From Chloroflexota bacterium (GTDB lineage Bacteria > Chloroflexota > Dehalococcoidia > Lucifugimonadales > JADFKI01): DNA of 64,000 bases. A model generated the notes under the pieces. That model was not told where the DNA came from. It did no database searches and worked only from the letters and a program-made list of their open reading frames with translations. The stretch lies in the NCBI GenBank assembly GCA_027623195.1, contig JAQBUT010000013.1, forward strand, positions 13,300-77,299, written 5' to 3'. Both the position numbers and the translations under genes were made by a program. Positions 27,675-36,590 of this stretch are shown piece by piece. Every line of letters begins with the position of its first letter. Position 1 is the stretch's first letter.

Positions 27675-29363
27675 CTATCGTCTTCGCCACCACACGAGCG
27701 CGCCAAGCACTAGCATCACCAGGGGCGGTACCACCCAACTGGACCACTTGATGAAGTTCCTACCCCGACTGGTGACCACTAACTCTCTGTATGGGAACAG
27801 CTTTGGGCCTATTCCGATTAGATCGTAGTCTTCGGCCAGCCAGTTTACGGAGTTAAGAAACAGGTCCCCGTTGTCGCTACTGCTGAAGAAGAACTTGTTT
27901 TTAGCGAAATCCGAATCGCCGAATAGTACCATCTTGGCTTCGGAGTGCCGTTCCGATTCGTCTACAGTGCCGGATGCCTGGATAGCCATGATTATGCTAA
28001 ACGGGCGTCGTACGTCCACATCCCCGTCGAAGTGAATGTTTTCAGGGTTTGGCTCCAACCAACTGGCCCCAGTCGTGACGCCTAATGGCGCCAGTCTTAG
28101 GTAAGGCGGCATCTCCTCGACAGGTATCAGTGGCTCCAAGGATGCTGCGTCGGGGAAGAAGCTGACCCTAATCTGGTCCGTAATAGGAATGCCCTCGGAC
28201 AGTGGAGAAGTGCTGGTGAAGTACTGTCCATAGTCCTTTTGAAGCAGAGGCGTTAGCTCTTGACCTGCGACGTTGCTTACTGGATCGGCCACGCTGAAAT
28301 TTCCGATGACGACCCCCCATTGCACGAATAGCTCAACGAAGGAACTTGGTGTGTTAGGGTCGAACAGCCCAATAATGCGCCCTCCCTCAGGATTATCGTC
28401 GGAACCTCCGTTCCGAATGTACTGGTTCAGGGCGTCTCGTTCCATCGGGTCGAGATCTTTTTGTGGGCCGGCGATTATTAGCACGGCGGCATTTTCAGGT
28501 ACGCCGCCCGTTTCCAGCAGGCTTAACGGCGATACTCTGTAGTTGTCCCGCTGCAATCCCTGCAGCGCGAAGTCAAAACCGTTATCGGCGTCCCCAAGCT
28601 GGCCCGTTATTGAGTCTCTTGTGGGGCCCGCTTCGCCGTGGCCCGTTAAGTAGTAAATGGTCTTCTGTTCTTCGCCAGTGGCGATGAGAATACTGGTAAC
28701 GAAGTCTTGCTCAGTGAAGGACTGTGTTGCCTGTTGAGTGCCATCACTCAGGTCCTCGAAGACTATCACGGGATAGTTTACGACTCCGTACTGCTGCGCC
28801 ACGCTTCGCTCCAGTTCGGGGTCGACGAACTCGAAACTGAAGTTGTTGCTTCGGCGGTCAAATTCGTTCAGCAAATCTTCAACCTGCTGCTTGGTGGAGA
28901 TCGTGCTGGCAGCAGTGGGAATGAAGAAGGCATGGGCCTTGACGCCCCCGTCCAGACCGTTCAGTATCCGTTGCGTGTCATCTGACAACGTGAAAACCCT
29001 GGTAGCCGTAACGTCTACCCTGGTAGGGGTTCGGAACAACAGAAAATTCACGAGCACGATGATAACGAAGAAAGCGACTGTCATCACGATGACGTTGCCG
29101 CCGAACCTGCCCTGCCTTCCGCCCAAGAAAATTGCTATGGCACGTGGCGATAGAACCAGCGCCAGGAAAAGCAGAACCAGTCCTATTATTATGACGCTTA
29201 AAGAGAAGTCACGGGTCTCTTCGATGGTTAGGAAAAGGCCCCCGCCCACGACTAACCCAAGAACACCTACGATTGCCGTGACGAAGCTCCAGAACCCTGT
29301 GGACTTGATAGAGCTTAGAAGGAACTCCCGTACGCTCTCTCCGCCCTGGTCTTGATTTACCAT
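27675..29363 (-). CDS. GldG-like ABC-transporter auxiliary protein
   Basis: 562 aa with N- and C-terminal TM helices flanking a large extracytoplasmic domain. Its position after the ABC-2 permease and ATPase is typical of Gldg-family proteins. Confidence 0.75.
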   Translation of the reverse strand: MVNQDQGGESVREFLLSSIKSTGFWSFVTAIVGVLGLVVGGGLFLTIEETRDFSLSVIIIGLVLLFLALVLSPRAIAIFLGGRQGRFGGNVIVMTVAFFVIIVLVNFLLFRTPTRVDVTATRVFTLSDDTQRILNGLDGGVKAHAFFIPTAASTISTKQQVEDLLNEFDRRSNNFSFEFVDPELERSVAQQYGVVNYPVIVFEDLSDGTQQATQSFTEQDFVTSILIATGEEQKTIYYLTGHGEAGPTRDSITGQLGDADNGFDFALQGLQRDNYRVSPLSLLETGGVPENAAVLIIAGPQKDLDPMERDALNQYIRNGGSDDNPEGGRIIGLFDPNTPSSFVELFVQWGVVIGNFSVADPVSNVAGQELTPLLQKDYGQYFTSTSPLSEGIPITDQIRVSFFPDAASLEPLIPVEEMPPYLRLAPLGVTTGASWLEPNPENIHFDGDVDVRRPFSIIMAIQASGTVDESERHSEAKMVLFGDSDFAKNKFFFSSSDNGDLFLNSVNWLAEDYDLIGIGPKLFPYRELVVTSRGRNFIKWSSWVVPPLVMLVLGALVWWRRR

Positions 29364-29364
29364 A

Positions 29365-30078
29365 TTACCGCCACCTACGGGCTTCTAAAGATCGCACCGT
29401 GATGAACAGGAATACAACCACAATGCTTAAGTAATAGACGACATGGCTAGAGTCCAAGACGCCTCGAGAGAAGTCATCGAAGTGAGCGTCCATGGATAAG
29501 CCTGATATCACGTCTGCTCCCACGCCCTGAAGTAAAACGCCGATCCTGTTTATGTTGGCTAACATGAGCAGGATACCGATTCCTACCACCGCCGCGACAA
29601 TCTGGTTGCCGGAAAGCGAAGAGGCCATGATGCCTATGGCCAAGGCGGCGGCTCCGTAGAGGAAAAGACCGAGGTATGCGCTGACAAGTGGCCCGATGTC
29701 AGGGTCGCCGAACACGAACAACATCAGCACGTAATACAGGGTAAACGATAGCGTTACCCCCAGTGTGACCAGGCTGGCCAGGTACTTGCCGATCACTACC
29801 TCCCAGTCTCTCACTGGTGAGGTGAGCAGCAGCTCCAATGTACCCAGCTTTTGCTCCTCGGCCAGCAGGCGCATCGTGAGCAGCGGCGCCAGGAAAACGA
29901 TGAAGAGTGTTGCCCAGTTTATGTACCCGCGGACGCTGGCCTCAGCGAATGGGCGGGTGATGTCGAATACGAAAAAGACTCCCGTGAGAACCAAAAACAT
30001 GGCCCCGACTACGTACGCCGTCGGGGATGAGAAGTATGATCGAGTTTCTTTCCAGGCGATGATGAAAGTGTTGTTCAA
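29365..30078 (-). CDS. ABC-2 type transporter permease (GldF-like)
   Basis: 237 aa with about 6 TM helices. It overlaps the ATPase gene by 4 nt. Confidence 0.8.
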   Translation of the reverse strand: MNNTFIIAWKETRSYFSSPTAYVVGAMFLVLTGVFFVFDITRPFAEASVRGYINWATLFIVFLAPLLTMRLLAEEQKLGTLELLLTSPVRDWEVVIGKYLASLVTLGVTLSFTLYYVLMLFVFGDPDIGPLVSAYLGLFLYGAAALAIGIMASSLSGNQIVAAVVGIGILLMLANINRIGVLLQGVGADVISGLSMDAHFDDFSRGVLDSSHVVYYLSIVVVFLFITVRSLEARRWR

Positions 30079-31058
30079 CCCTGCTGCGCCTCCTCTTCAA
30101 CTGCCCCGATAACGCCAGGTATTTGCTCCTCCGTGGTTACCTGAAGGAATATCTCCTCCAGCGTCATACCAACGGACTGCAAGCGTAAAAGCTCCCACCC
30201 GCCCGTTACAACGGCTGAAGCCAACCGCGAACGTAGTTCCAGATCAGGCAATAAGGACACGGCATAAGTGGTGTGTCCGCCGTTCTGGACGTAATGGTGG
30301 TCTACGTCGGTTACGCCTTCGACGGCGCTGATGGCGTCCGCGATTTCCTTGGACGGGCCCTTTACGTCTAGCTCAATCCTATCGACGCCACGCAATCGGG
30401 TGGCCAGCATTTCCGGCGTATCTTCCGCCACAATCTGGCCCTCATTGATAATGATTACGCGCTCGCAGATCATGCTCACTTCTGGCAGTATGTGCGTGCT
30501 TATGACTAGCGTATGTTCGCCGCCCAGGCTTTTGATTAGCTGCCGGGTTTCGACTACCTGGATAGGGTCTATGCCTATCGTCGGCTCGTCCAGCACCAGA
30601 ACGTCCGGCTCGTGCAATATTGCCTGCGCGATGCCCACCCGCTGCCGAAAGCCCTTGGACAGCTTTCCTATGTGAGTATTCCGGTACACGCCCAGGTTTA
30701 CTATGTCGATGACTTCGTTAATTCGACGGGCAACATAATTCGATGACATTCCGCGTATGCGCCCCATGAACTTAAGGTAGTCCGTTACCTCCATGTCTGT
30801 GTACAGAGGCACCGTCTCCGGAAGGTAACCAATATGCCTTCGTGCCTCCAGCGAGTCGGACACGATGTCGCTACCAGCGATACGCACCGTTCCACTGGAC
30901 GGCGGCAGGAATCCCGTCAGCATCTTCATGGTCGTGGACTTTCCGGCGCCGTTGGGACCGAGAAAACCGAGAATCTCTCCCTTGCCAACACTGAAGGAAA
31001 TGTCCGTCACTGCGGGGAAGTCACCGTAGTATTTACTTACGTGTTCAATTTCGATCAT
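30075..31058 (-). CDS. ABC transporter ATP-binding protein (GldA-like)
   Basis: 327 aa with Walker A GPNGAGKST, signature LSKGFRQR and Walker B VLVLDEPT. Confidence 0.92.
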   Translation of the reverse strand: MIEIEHVSKYYGDFPAVTDISFSVGKGEILGFLGPNGAGKSTTMKMLTGFLPPSSGTVRIAGSDIVSDSLEARRHIGYLPETVPLYTDMEVTDYLKFMGRIRGMSSNYVARRINEVIDIVNLGVYRNTHIGKLSKGFRQRVGIAQAILHEPDVLVLDEPTIGIDPIQVVETRQLIKSLGGEHTLVISTHILPEVSMICERVIIINEGQIVAEDTPEMLATRLRGVDRIELDVKGPSKEIADAISAVEGVTDVDHHYVQNGGHTTYAVSLLPDLELRSRLASAVVTGGWELLRLQSVGMTLEEIFLQVTTEEQIPGVIGAVEEEAQQG

Positions 31059-31307
31059 GGCCTATACATCCAATCGTAGGAATTTTTCCTTCGATTTAGC
31101 CCTTTATACGTCGTTAGCTTGCGTTAAGATATCAAGAAAATTATCAGCCTTGTTCCAATACTTCAACCAATCTCCACGGCTGTGTCAAGGCGTTTGCTTG
31201 AGGATTCTATACCATGTGGGTGGAGGGTATCAACTCTATATTGTGCGAAACCTCATGGGGTGATAATCTTATTTGAATGTTGGTTGGAATACAGGAGGCA
31301 GACCTTA

Positions 31308-31730
31308 GTGCATCTGGTAGTTGATGGCTACGGAGCGGATCCGGCGAAGCTCAAAGACGAAGACCTTATATATCATTTTCTGGATGACTATCCCACTGCC
31401 ATCGGCATGACCAAGATCGTCCCTCCACAGGTGTACACGTACCATGGTCAGACTCCGGAGGACTGGGGTGTGTCCGGCTTCGTTCTCATAGCGGAAAGCC
31501 ACATCAGTGTCCACACCTTTCCAGACAAGGGCTACATCAACATAGACATATTCTCCTGTAAAGAGTTCGACGCCAACTCCTCGTTGGAAGATGTGAAGAG
31601 CACCTTCTCCCTGCCCGAAGCCAACGTTTGGACATTGGATCGCGGGCTGGAGTTCACCCAACCTCGCGAGGCTTATAACGGAATGGTCCGCGAAAGGGTA
31701 GGGCTGACCCGCAGCGCTCCTACACCCTAA
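31308..31730 (+). CDS. Pyruvoyl-dependent decarboxylase of the AdoMetDC (SpeH/SpeD class 1) fold
   Basis: GTG 31308 lies 8 nt after AGGAGG (31294-31299). The self-processing site context is IAESHISVHTFPDKGYINIDIFSC. The protein is 140 aa. Confidence 0.85.
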   Translation: MHLVVDGYGADPAKLKDEDLIYHFLDDYPTAIGMTKIVPPQVYTYHGQTPEDWGVSGFVLIAESHISVHTFPDKGYINIDIFSCKEFDANSSLEDVKSTFSLPEANVWTLDRGLEFTQPREAYNGMVRERVGLTRSAPTP

Positions 31731-31751
31731 CTGGATTCTGACGGGGGCCAA

Positions 31752-32654
31752 ATGCCTGATAAAACCTATGATTGGCTGGGCGACGTTCCCCTTCAATGGA
31801 ACACCTTCCTCGATACTCCTCCTGAGGAGTCAGACCCCGACGAAGCCTTGGTGTTCGTTATCCCCGTCCCCTATGACAGCACAACATCCTATAAGGGGGG
31901 AGCCAGAGAAGGTCCTCGTGCAATCATCGAAGCCTCCAGGCATCTGGAAGACCTGGATCTCGAATTGGGGCGGGACATCTCTAGCGTCGGAATACATACC
32001 ACCCCGGCATTAGCGCCAGACGTAGGCGGGCCAGAGGCCATGATCGCCAACGTGCGCAAGGCGGTCCGGCATGCAGCAGGCCAAGGAAAGCTAGTGGCTT
32101 TGCTCGGGGGCGAGCATACCATTAGTGTTGGGGCTGTGCAGGCTCTGGCAGAAGTGCATTCTGACCTCTCGGTGCTCTACCTGGATGCCCACGCCGACAT
32201 GCGGGATACTTACATGGGAAGCCGATGGGGTCACGCCTCTGTGGCCAGGCGGGTATGCGAGGTTTCGCCACTCGTATTGGTGGGTGTTCGCAGCGCATGC
32301 GCGGAAGAAATTTCCTTCATAGAGAAGGAAGACCTCCCGGTGTTCTTCTGGCCAGGTTCTCTCTCTGATAAGACCGATCTGGCGAATGTTGTCACGGAAC
32401 TCCTGTCACCTAACGTATACATCAGCGTGGATCTGGATGTCTTCGATCCCTCCGAGGTGGCTGCGGTGGGAACGCCTGAGCCGGGTGGCATGCATTGGGA
32501 AGAGGTCACAAATCTTCTCAACGCCGTTGGCCTGCGTCGCAACATTGTGGGCTTTGACATCGTAGAGCTAAGCCCTTCACTGGGTCCGGAGGCGGGGGCG
32601 TATGCCGCAGCCAAGCTGGCGTACAAGCTGATAGGCTATGCGACCGGCAAGTGA
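31752..32654 (+). CDS. speB: Agmatinase (ureohydrolase family)
   Basis: 300 aa with the Mn-binding motifs GGEHTIS, LDAHADM and SVDLDVFDPS. Confidence 0.88.
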   Translation: MPDKTYDWLGDVPLQWNTFLDTPPEESDPDEALVFVIPVPYDSTTSYKGGAREGPRAIIEASRHLEDLDLELGRDISSVGIHTTPALAPDVGGPEAMIANVRKAVRHAAGQGKLVALLGGEHTISVGAVQALAEVHSDLSVLYLDAHADMRDTYMGSRWGHASVARRVCEVSPLVLVGVRSACAEEISFIEKEDLPVFFWPGSLSDKTDLANVVTELLSPNVYISVDLDVFDPSEVAAVGTPEPGGMHWEEVTNLLNAVGLRRNIVGFDIVELSPSLGPEAGAYAAAKLAYKLIGYATGK

Positions 32655-32801
32655 TTTATTTGGTATGCGGCGGTGTTCGCCCTTCATAAAAGATGCGATT
32701 TGTAAATGCGAACTGCTCGGTCAAAGCTAAATATTGCCATTTTGGTTGGCTAGCCTATGCCGTGATAAAATAAGGTACTATTTCTCACAGGGAGACTATT
32801 T

Positions 32802-33995
32802 ATGACCGCATCCGGTAAGCTAATTTACCTGGACCACTCTGCCACCACTCCGGTACGTGAGGAAGTGCTGGATGCGATGATGCCTTACTTCTCCGCCAGC
32901 TACGGCAACCCTTCCAGCATTTACACTCTGGCTCAGGACGCGCGCAAGGCCGCCGACGATGCGCGAGAGACTGTGGCACGTATTCTCGGGGCGCGAATGA
33001 GCGAGATAGTGTTCACCAGCGGCGGGACGGAGTCGGATAACGCTGCCCTCAAGGGCGTTGCATTTGCGTTGAAGCACCTGGGCAACCACATCATCACCTC
33101 CAGCATTGAGCACCATGCGGTGTTGCATAGCTGCCATCAGCTAGAGCAGTTTGGCTTTGAAGTTACCTACCTTCCCGTGGATGAGTTCGGCCTCGTTGAC
33201 CCTGAAGGTGTGCGGCAGGCCATAACGGATCAGACGGTACTCGTCAGCGTGATGCTGGCCAATAACGAGATCGGGACCATCGAGCCGGTTGCGGAGATTG
33301 CCAGGGTCGTCAAGAAAGAAGCCAAGATCCGCAAGCAGACCATAATGGTGCATACAGACGCGGTGCAGGGAGCGGGGTATCTGGACCTTAATGTGAAGAC
33401 GTTGGGCGTAGACCTCATGAGTCTTTCGGCTCACAAGTTCTACGGTCCTAAAGGCGTGGGGGTGCTATACATTAAGCGCGGCACTCCATTCGAGCCGCAG
33501 AGCATGGGTGGGGGGCAGGAACGACAGCGAAGGTCAGGAACGGAAAACGTGCCCGGCATTGTTGGACTGGCTGAGGCCCTCAGGCTGGCGGACGAGGAAA
33601 GGGAAGTGGTTTCGCAGCGTTGCATTCGCCTGCGGGACACCATGATTGAGGCCATAAAGGAAAAGGTAAAAAAGGTCCATTTGAACGGGCATCCAACTCA
33701 AAGGCTTCCAAATAACGTCAATATGTCTTTCGAAAATGTTGAGGGAGAGCCTATACTCTTGGGGCTGGACTTCTCAGGAATATACGCTTCAAGTGGAAGC
33801 GCATGCTCATCAGCATCGCTGGAACCTTCTCACGTGCTGCTAGCAATTGGAAGGCAGGCAGATCTCGCGCAGGGTAGCCTTCGTTTAACCCTGGGCCGTG
33901 AGACGACTGATGAAGACGTTGAGTTCGTCCTGTCAGTGCTTCCCGGCCTGGTGGCGAGATTGAGGGCTATGCCCTCTCTATCAGCAATAGAATAA
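32802..33995 (+). CDS. Class I cysteine desulfurase (NifS/IscS type)
   Basis: 397 aa with [10 protein letters not shown], the PLP lysine context [12 protein letters not shown], and the catalytic loop SSGSAC. Confidence 0.92.
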   Translation: MTASGKLIYLDHSATTPVREEVLDAMMPYFSASYGNPSSIYTLAQDARKAADDARETVARILGARMSEIVFTSGGTESDNAALKGVAFALKHLGNHIITSSIEHHAVLHSCHQLEQFGFEVTYLPVDEFGLVDPEGVRQAITDQTVLVSVMLANNEIGTIEPVAEIARVVKKEAKIRKQTIMVHTDAVQGAGYLDLNVKTLGVDLMSLSAHKFYGPKGVGVLYIKRGTPFEPQSMGGGQERQRRSGTENVPGIVGLAEALRLADEEREVVSQRCIRLRDTMIEAIKEKVKKVHLNGHPTQRLPNNVNMSFENVEGEPILLGLDFSGIYASSGSACSSASLEPSHVLLAIGRQADLAQGSLRLTLGRETTDEDVEFVLSVLPGLVARLRAMPSLSAIE

Positions 33996-34018
33996 ATCGG
34001 ACGGTCAGAGTTAACAGA

Positions 34019-34615
34019 ATGGGAATTTTCCCGACACCTAAAACGGTATCAATACTATCCAGGCAGGCTCCATTTACGACCGCAATTAAACTGACCTTCC
34101 TTTTATCGATGCTGCTGACTGTATTCGCGCTGACTGGCTGCGGGGAGAAATCCGACCTGGTTGTTGTTGTAGGTCGCAGTCTGGAGTTGCACGCCACCCC
34201 GCCTGAGATAGTCGAAAAGGTGGCCTTTCGAGATACTACCGGAGCACACAGGATCATTCGGCCCCGAGCCTCTAATCGCCAGCTTGCCGTGGTAAAGCTA
34301 ACCGTCGTGAACAGGACGGCGCTTGTCACCTCTCTTGTTATAGACGGAGAGGCCGCGAAGCTGGGAGACCGTCGCGGGGAACGCATCGAAGCGATAGACC
34401 CTTTTGCGGACTCCAGTCCAGCCGACGGCGCGACGCCCGAAGAGGATTTGTACGCACCTTTCCTTCGGGGCGAGGTAGAGCTGGATAGGAATTTCCAGGT
34501 GGAAGGTTACATTGTGTTCGACGTCCCTAAGGGACTGATACTTGGCAGCCTTTTTTGGGACGAGGTCGACGCTATAGTAGTTGATTTCGTGGACTACTCC
34601 AGCCGACGGCCCTAG
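34019..34615 (+). CDS. Lipoprotein of unknown function (possibly DUF4352-like beta-sandwich)
   Basis: 198 aa with a signal peptide and lipobox LTGC. The mature part is beta-rich (VVKLTVVNRT ... VEGYIVFDVPKG). Confidence 0.5.
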   Translation: MGIFPTPKTVSILSRQAPFTTAIKLTFLLSMLLTVFALTGCGEKSDLVVVVGRSLELHATPPEIVEKVAFRDTTGAHRIIRPRASNRQLAVVKLTVVNRTALVTSLVIDGEAAKLGDRRGERIEAIDPFADSSPADGATPEEDLYAPFLRGEVELDRNFQVEGYIVFDVPKGLILGSLFWDEVDAIVVDFVDYSSRRP

Positions 34616-34793
34616 GCGCTGTTGCGCCCCCGCCTGAAGCTTGGAACATTACCCCAGCCGCCGCATATTTCGTGCTATTCGACACGCCACCGTTTGCCCC
34701 GGAATCCCCTTTATATTATGCGCATCTAAACTTATGCACGGAAACAAAATTCCGTAATAACTTATCTGATAGAACAGTGAGGAATTGATTTAG

Positions 34794-35120
34794 ATGGCGC
34801 ATCCTATAAACATTAACGACAACAGTTTTCAGCAAGAAGTCTTGGATTCCGACCAGCCGGTGCTGGTGGATTTCTGGGCAGAGTGGTGCGGACCATGTAA
34901 GTTGATCGCGCCTCTGGTGGATGAACTGGCCCAGGAGTACGACGGCAAGGTAAAGTTTGCCAAGGTAAACGTTGACGACAATCCCAAGACAGCCATGGAG
35001 TACGGCATCAGGGGCATACCCACGATGCTCATATTCAAGGGCGGACGGCCTGTGAAGCAGGTGGTCGGAGCGGTAGCCAAGTCGGTGCTGCAGGAGAGCC
35101 TGGAAGAGGCCACAGCCTAA
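34794..35120 (+). CDS. trxA: Thioredoxin
   Basis: 108 aa with the WAEWCGPCK active site and a canonical TrxA layout. Confidence 0.95.
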   Translation: MAHPININDNSFQQEVLDSDQPVLVDFWAEWCGPCKLIAPLVDELAQEYDGKVKFAKVNVDDNPKTAMEYGIRGIPTMLIFKGGRPVKQVVGAVAKSVLQESLEEATA

Positions 35121-35140
35121 GGACCAAATCCAGATGGCCG

Positions 35141-35180
35141 GCAAGTCCTCGCCCAAGCAGGGGAGGCTTGCTTTAATTAA
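35141..35180 (+). terminator. Possible terminator after trxA
   Basis: An imperfect hairpin, GCAAGTCCTC...GGGAGGCTTGC (with a bulge and a wobble pair), is followed by TTTAATT. Confidence 0.4.
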
Positions 35181-35195
35181 CCAAAACATTATAAT
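35168..35195 (+). promoter_or_regulatory. Candidate sigma70-type promoter upstream of selC
   Basis: TTGCTT (35168-35173), a 16-nt spacer, then a perfect TATAAT (35190-35195). This would give an ~80-nt 5' leader on the tRNA-Sec precursor. Confidence 0.4.
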
Positions 35196-35283
35196 TTAGT
35201 GGGGCGTTCGTGAGAGCGCCTCGCTTGTTGTCAGTAGCGTGTGCGGTAACAAACGGTCGGCGCGCTGCAAGACATCACAATGC

Positions 35284-35381
35284 GGGGGCGAATGCGCTCC
35301 GGTGGGTACCACGGACTTCAAATCCGATGGTCCGGGCCCTGCGGTTCGGACGGTGGGTTCGACTCCCTCTCGCTCCCGCCA
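35284..35381 (+). tRNA. selC: tRNA-Sec (anticodon TCA, reads UGA)
   Basis: 98 nt. An 8-bp acceptor stem pairs GGGGGCGA with TCGCTCCC (one G-U), followed by discriminator G and an encoded CCA. The D-arm segment CTCCGGTGGG is present. The anticodon loop is CTTCAAA with TCA at 35318-35320. A long variable arm and the T-loop GGTTCGACTCC complete it. Several segments match E. coli selC as I remember it. Confidence 0.9.
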
Positions 35382-35736
35382 ATAAGCCATGGTTACAGTG
35401 CGCCGTAAGCTTGTTGGATTCGTCTTCGGGCGAACACCTTCAGTAAGTGGCCCTGTCGTCTGCTACTACTTCTAGCAACGTCAGGAAGGTGGCAAGGTTT
35501 CTTAACTGCGGTCGCACCTGGAACATCCCATCCACCACTCCATCGTCATGGCGCACTAAGTTAGGTAACTCACCCCTCACGACTCCTACCCTCCTTCGTG
35601 TTTGCTCCGAAATCTCGGACGGTTGCCGCTGTTCTTTGCAAGCCGCGCTCTATTGTTACAATGTGCCTCTCCATGGCGTATATAGGCGTATGTAAGGTTG
35701 GATTAACGGACGAGATGTAGTTTCTGAGGTAAAGCC

Positions 35737-36396
35737 ATGGAGAACGCTGTGGAGAAGCCAAAGCGAGCGCGGCATCATACCGGACCGCCACCTGGGCAGG
35801 TCTGGCGAACGGAAATGAAGACTGGACATCCTAGGGCCCTTCTTACCACCGTGCAGGGGACATTAGAAGATGAAGGCTTTGCGGTGCCCGATGGCCCCGT
35901 ATACTCCGACGAGGCGGCGCCTATTCGGGACACAAGTTACTTCACAGGAACCGTTACGGGTATCATCGACAATAGAGTAATCAGATGGTGGATGGTTGCC
36001 GTTTCGATATTCCTGATTCCTGTGCTTATAGGAATTTGGCTACTGATAAGAGAATTTCGCTGGGAACGGACGAAAATTGAGCTTTCAGTAGAAGGCGAGA
36101 CTTACTGGGCCGGTGCCACTGGCGAAGAAAGGTCTGAACAGTTCAGGAGCGAAATGGAAAGATCAGGGGTCGTGAGCGATGTCAGGTGCAGGTTGACTAT
36201 GCAGGTAGGCTACGCCATGGAAGAGGATGGCGTGAGGCAAAGCCTCAAGGGCAGGGCATGGCACCCCGAAGAGCTAAGTCGTAACTTGGTAACGGCTATA
36301 CAGAATCGGGTACCCAATCTTGTTCTGGAATCTCCTAATTCAACTCCTCAATTTATTGAAGCTGCAAATTCGTTGCCTCAGCTAGGTAGCGGTTGA
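35737..36396 (+). CDS. Hypothetical single-pass membrane protein
   Basis: 219-aa ORF with one clear TM (WWMVAVSIFLIPVLIGIWLLI) and low GC (about 40% in a 120-nt hand count). I recognised no family. The start is uncertain (ATG 35737 or the MKTGH Met). Confidence 0.4.
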   Translation: MENAVEKPKRARHHTGPPPGQVWRTEMKTGHPRALLTTVQGTLEDEGFAVPDGPVYSDEAAPIRDTSYFTGTVTGIIDNRVIRWWMVAVSIFLIPVLIGIWLLIREFRWERTKIELSVEGETYWAGATGEERSEQFRSEMERSGVVSDVRCRLTMQVGYAMEEDGVRQSLKGRAWHPEELSRNLVTAIQNRVPNLVLESPNSTPQFIEAANSLPQLGSG

Positions 36397-36534
36397 GATT
36401 CTATTCCGACGATCGCCATGGCACTCCCGAAAGATAAGCTCTGACGCACAATGCCGCTTTCCAATCCGGGCTTGAAAATGCAAATGTCTCGTTAATAAAC
36501 CCTCTTTTTAGGCCCCATATTTCGGATAATCAAT

Positions 36535-36558
36535 CCGACATATGACCCGACATATGAC
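36535..36558 (+). repeat. Perfect tandem 12-mer, CCGACATATGAC x2
   Basis: Direct reading of the sequence gives 36535-36546 identical to 36547-36558. Each unit contains the palindrome CATATG. The repeat lies 33-45 nt upstream of the SDR gene start candidates. Confidence 0.9.
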
Positions 36559-36590
36559 TGACGAGACGAAGCTATTTGATATGACGGTAC

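Noticed and set aside
35196-35446. Two overlapping track ORFs (64 aa on minus, 78 aa on plus)
   Set aside because: Both run through the tRNA-Sec gene and its leader, and the RNA interpretation explains the region.
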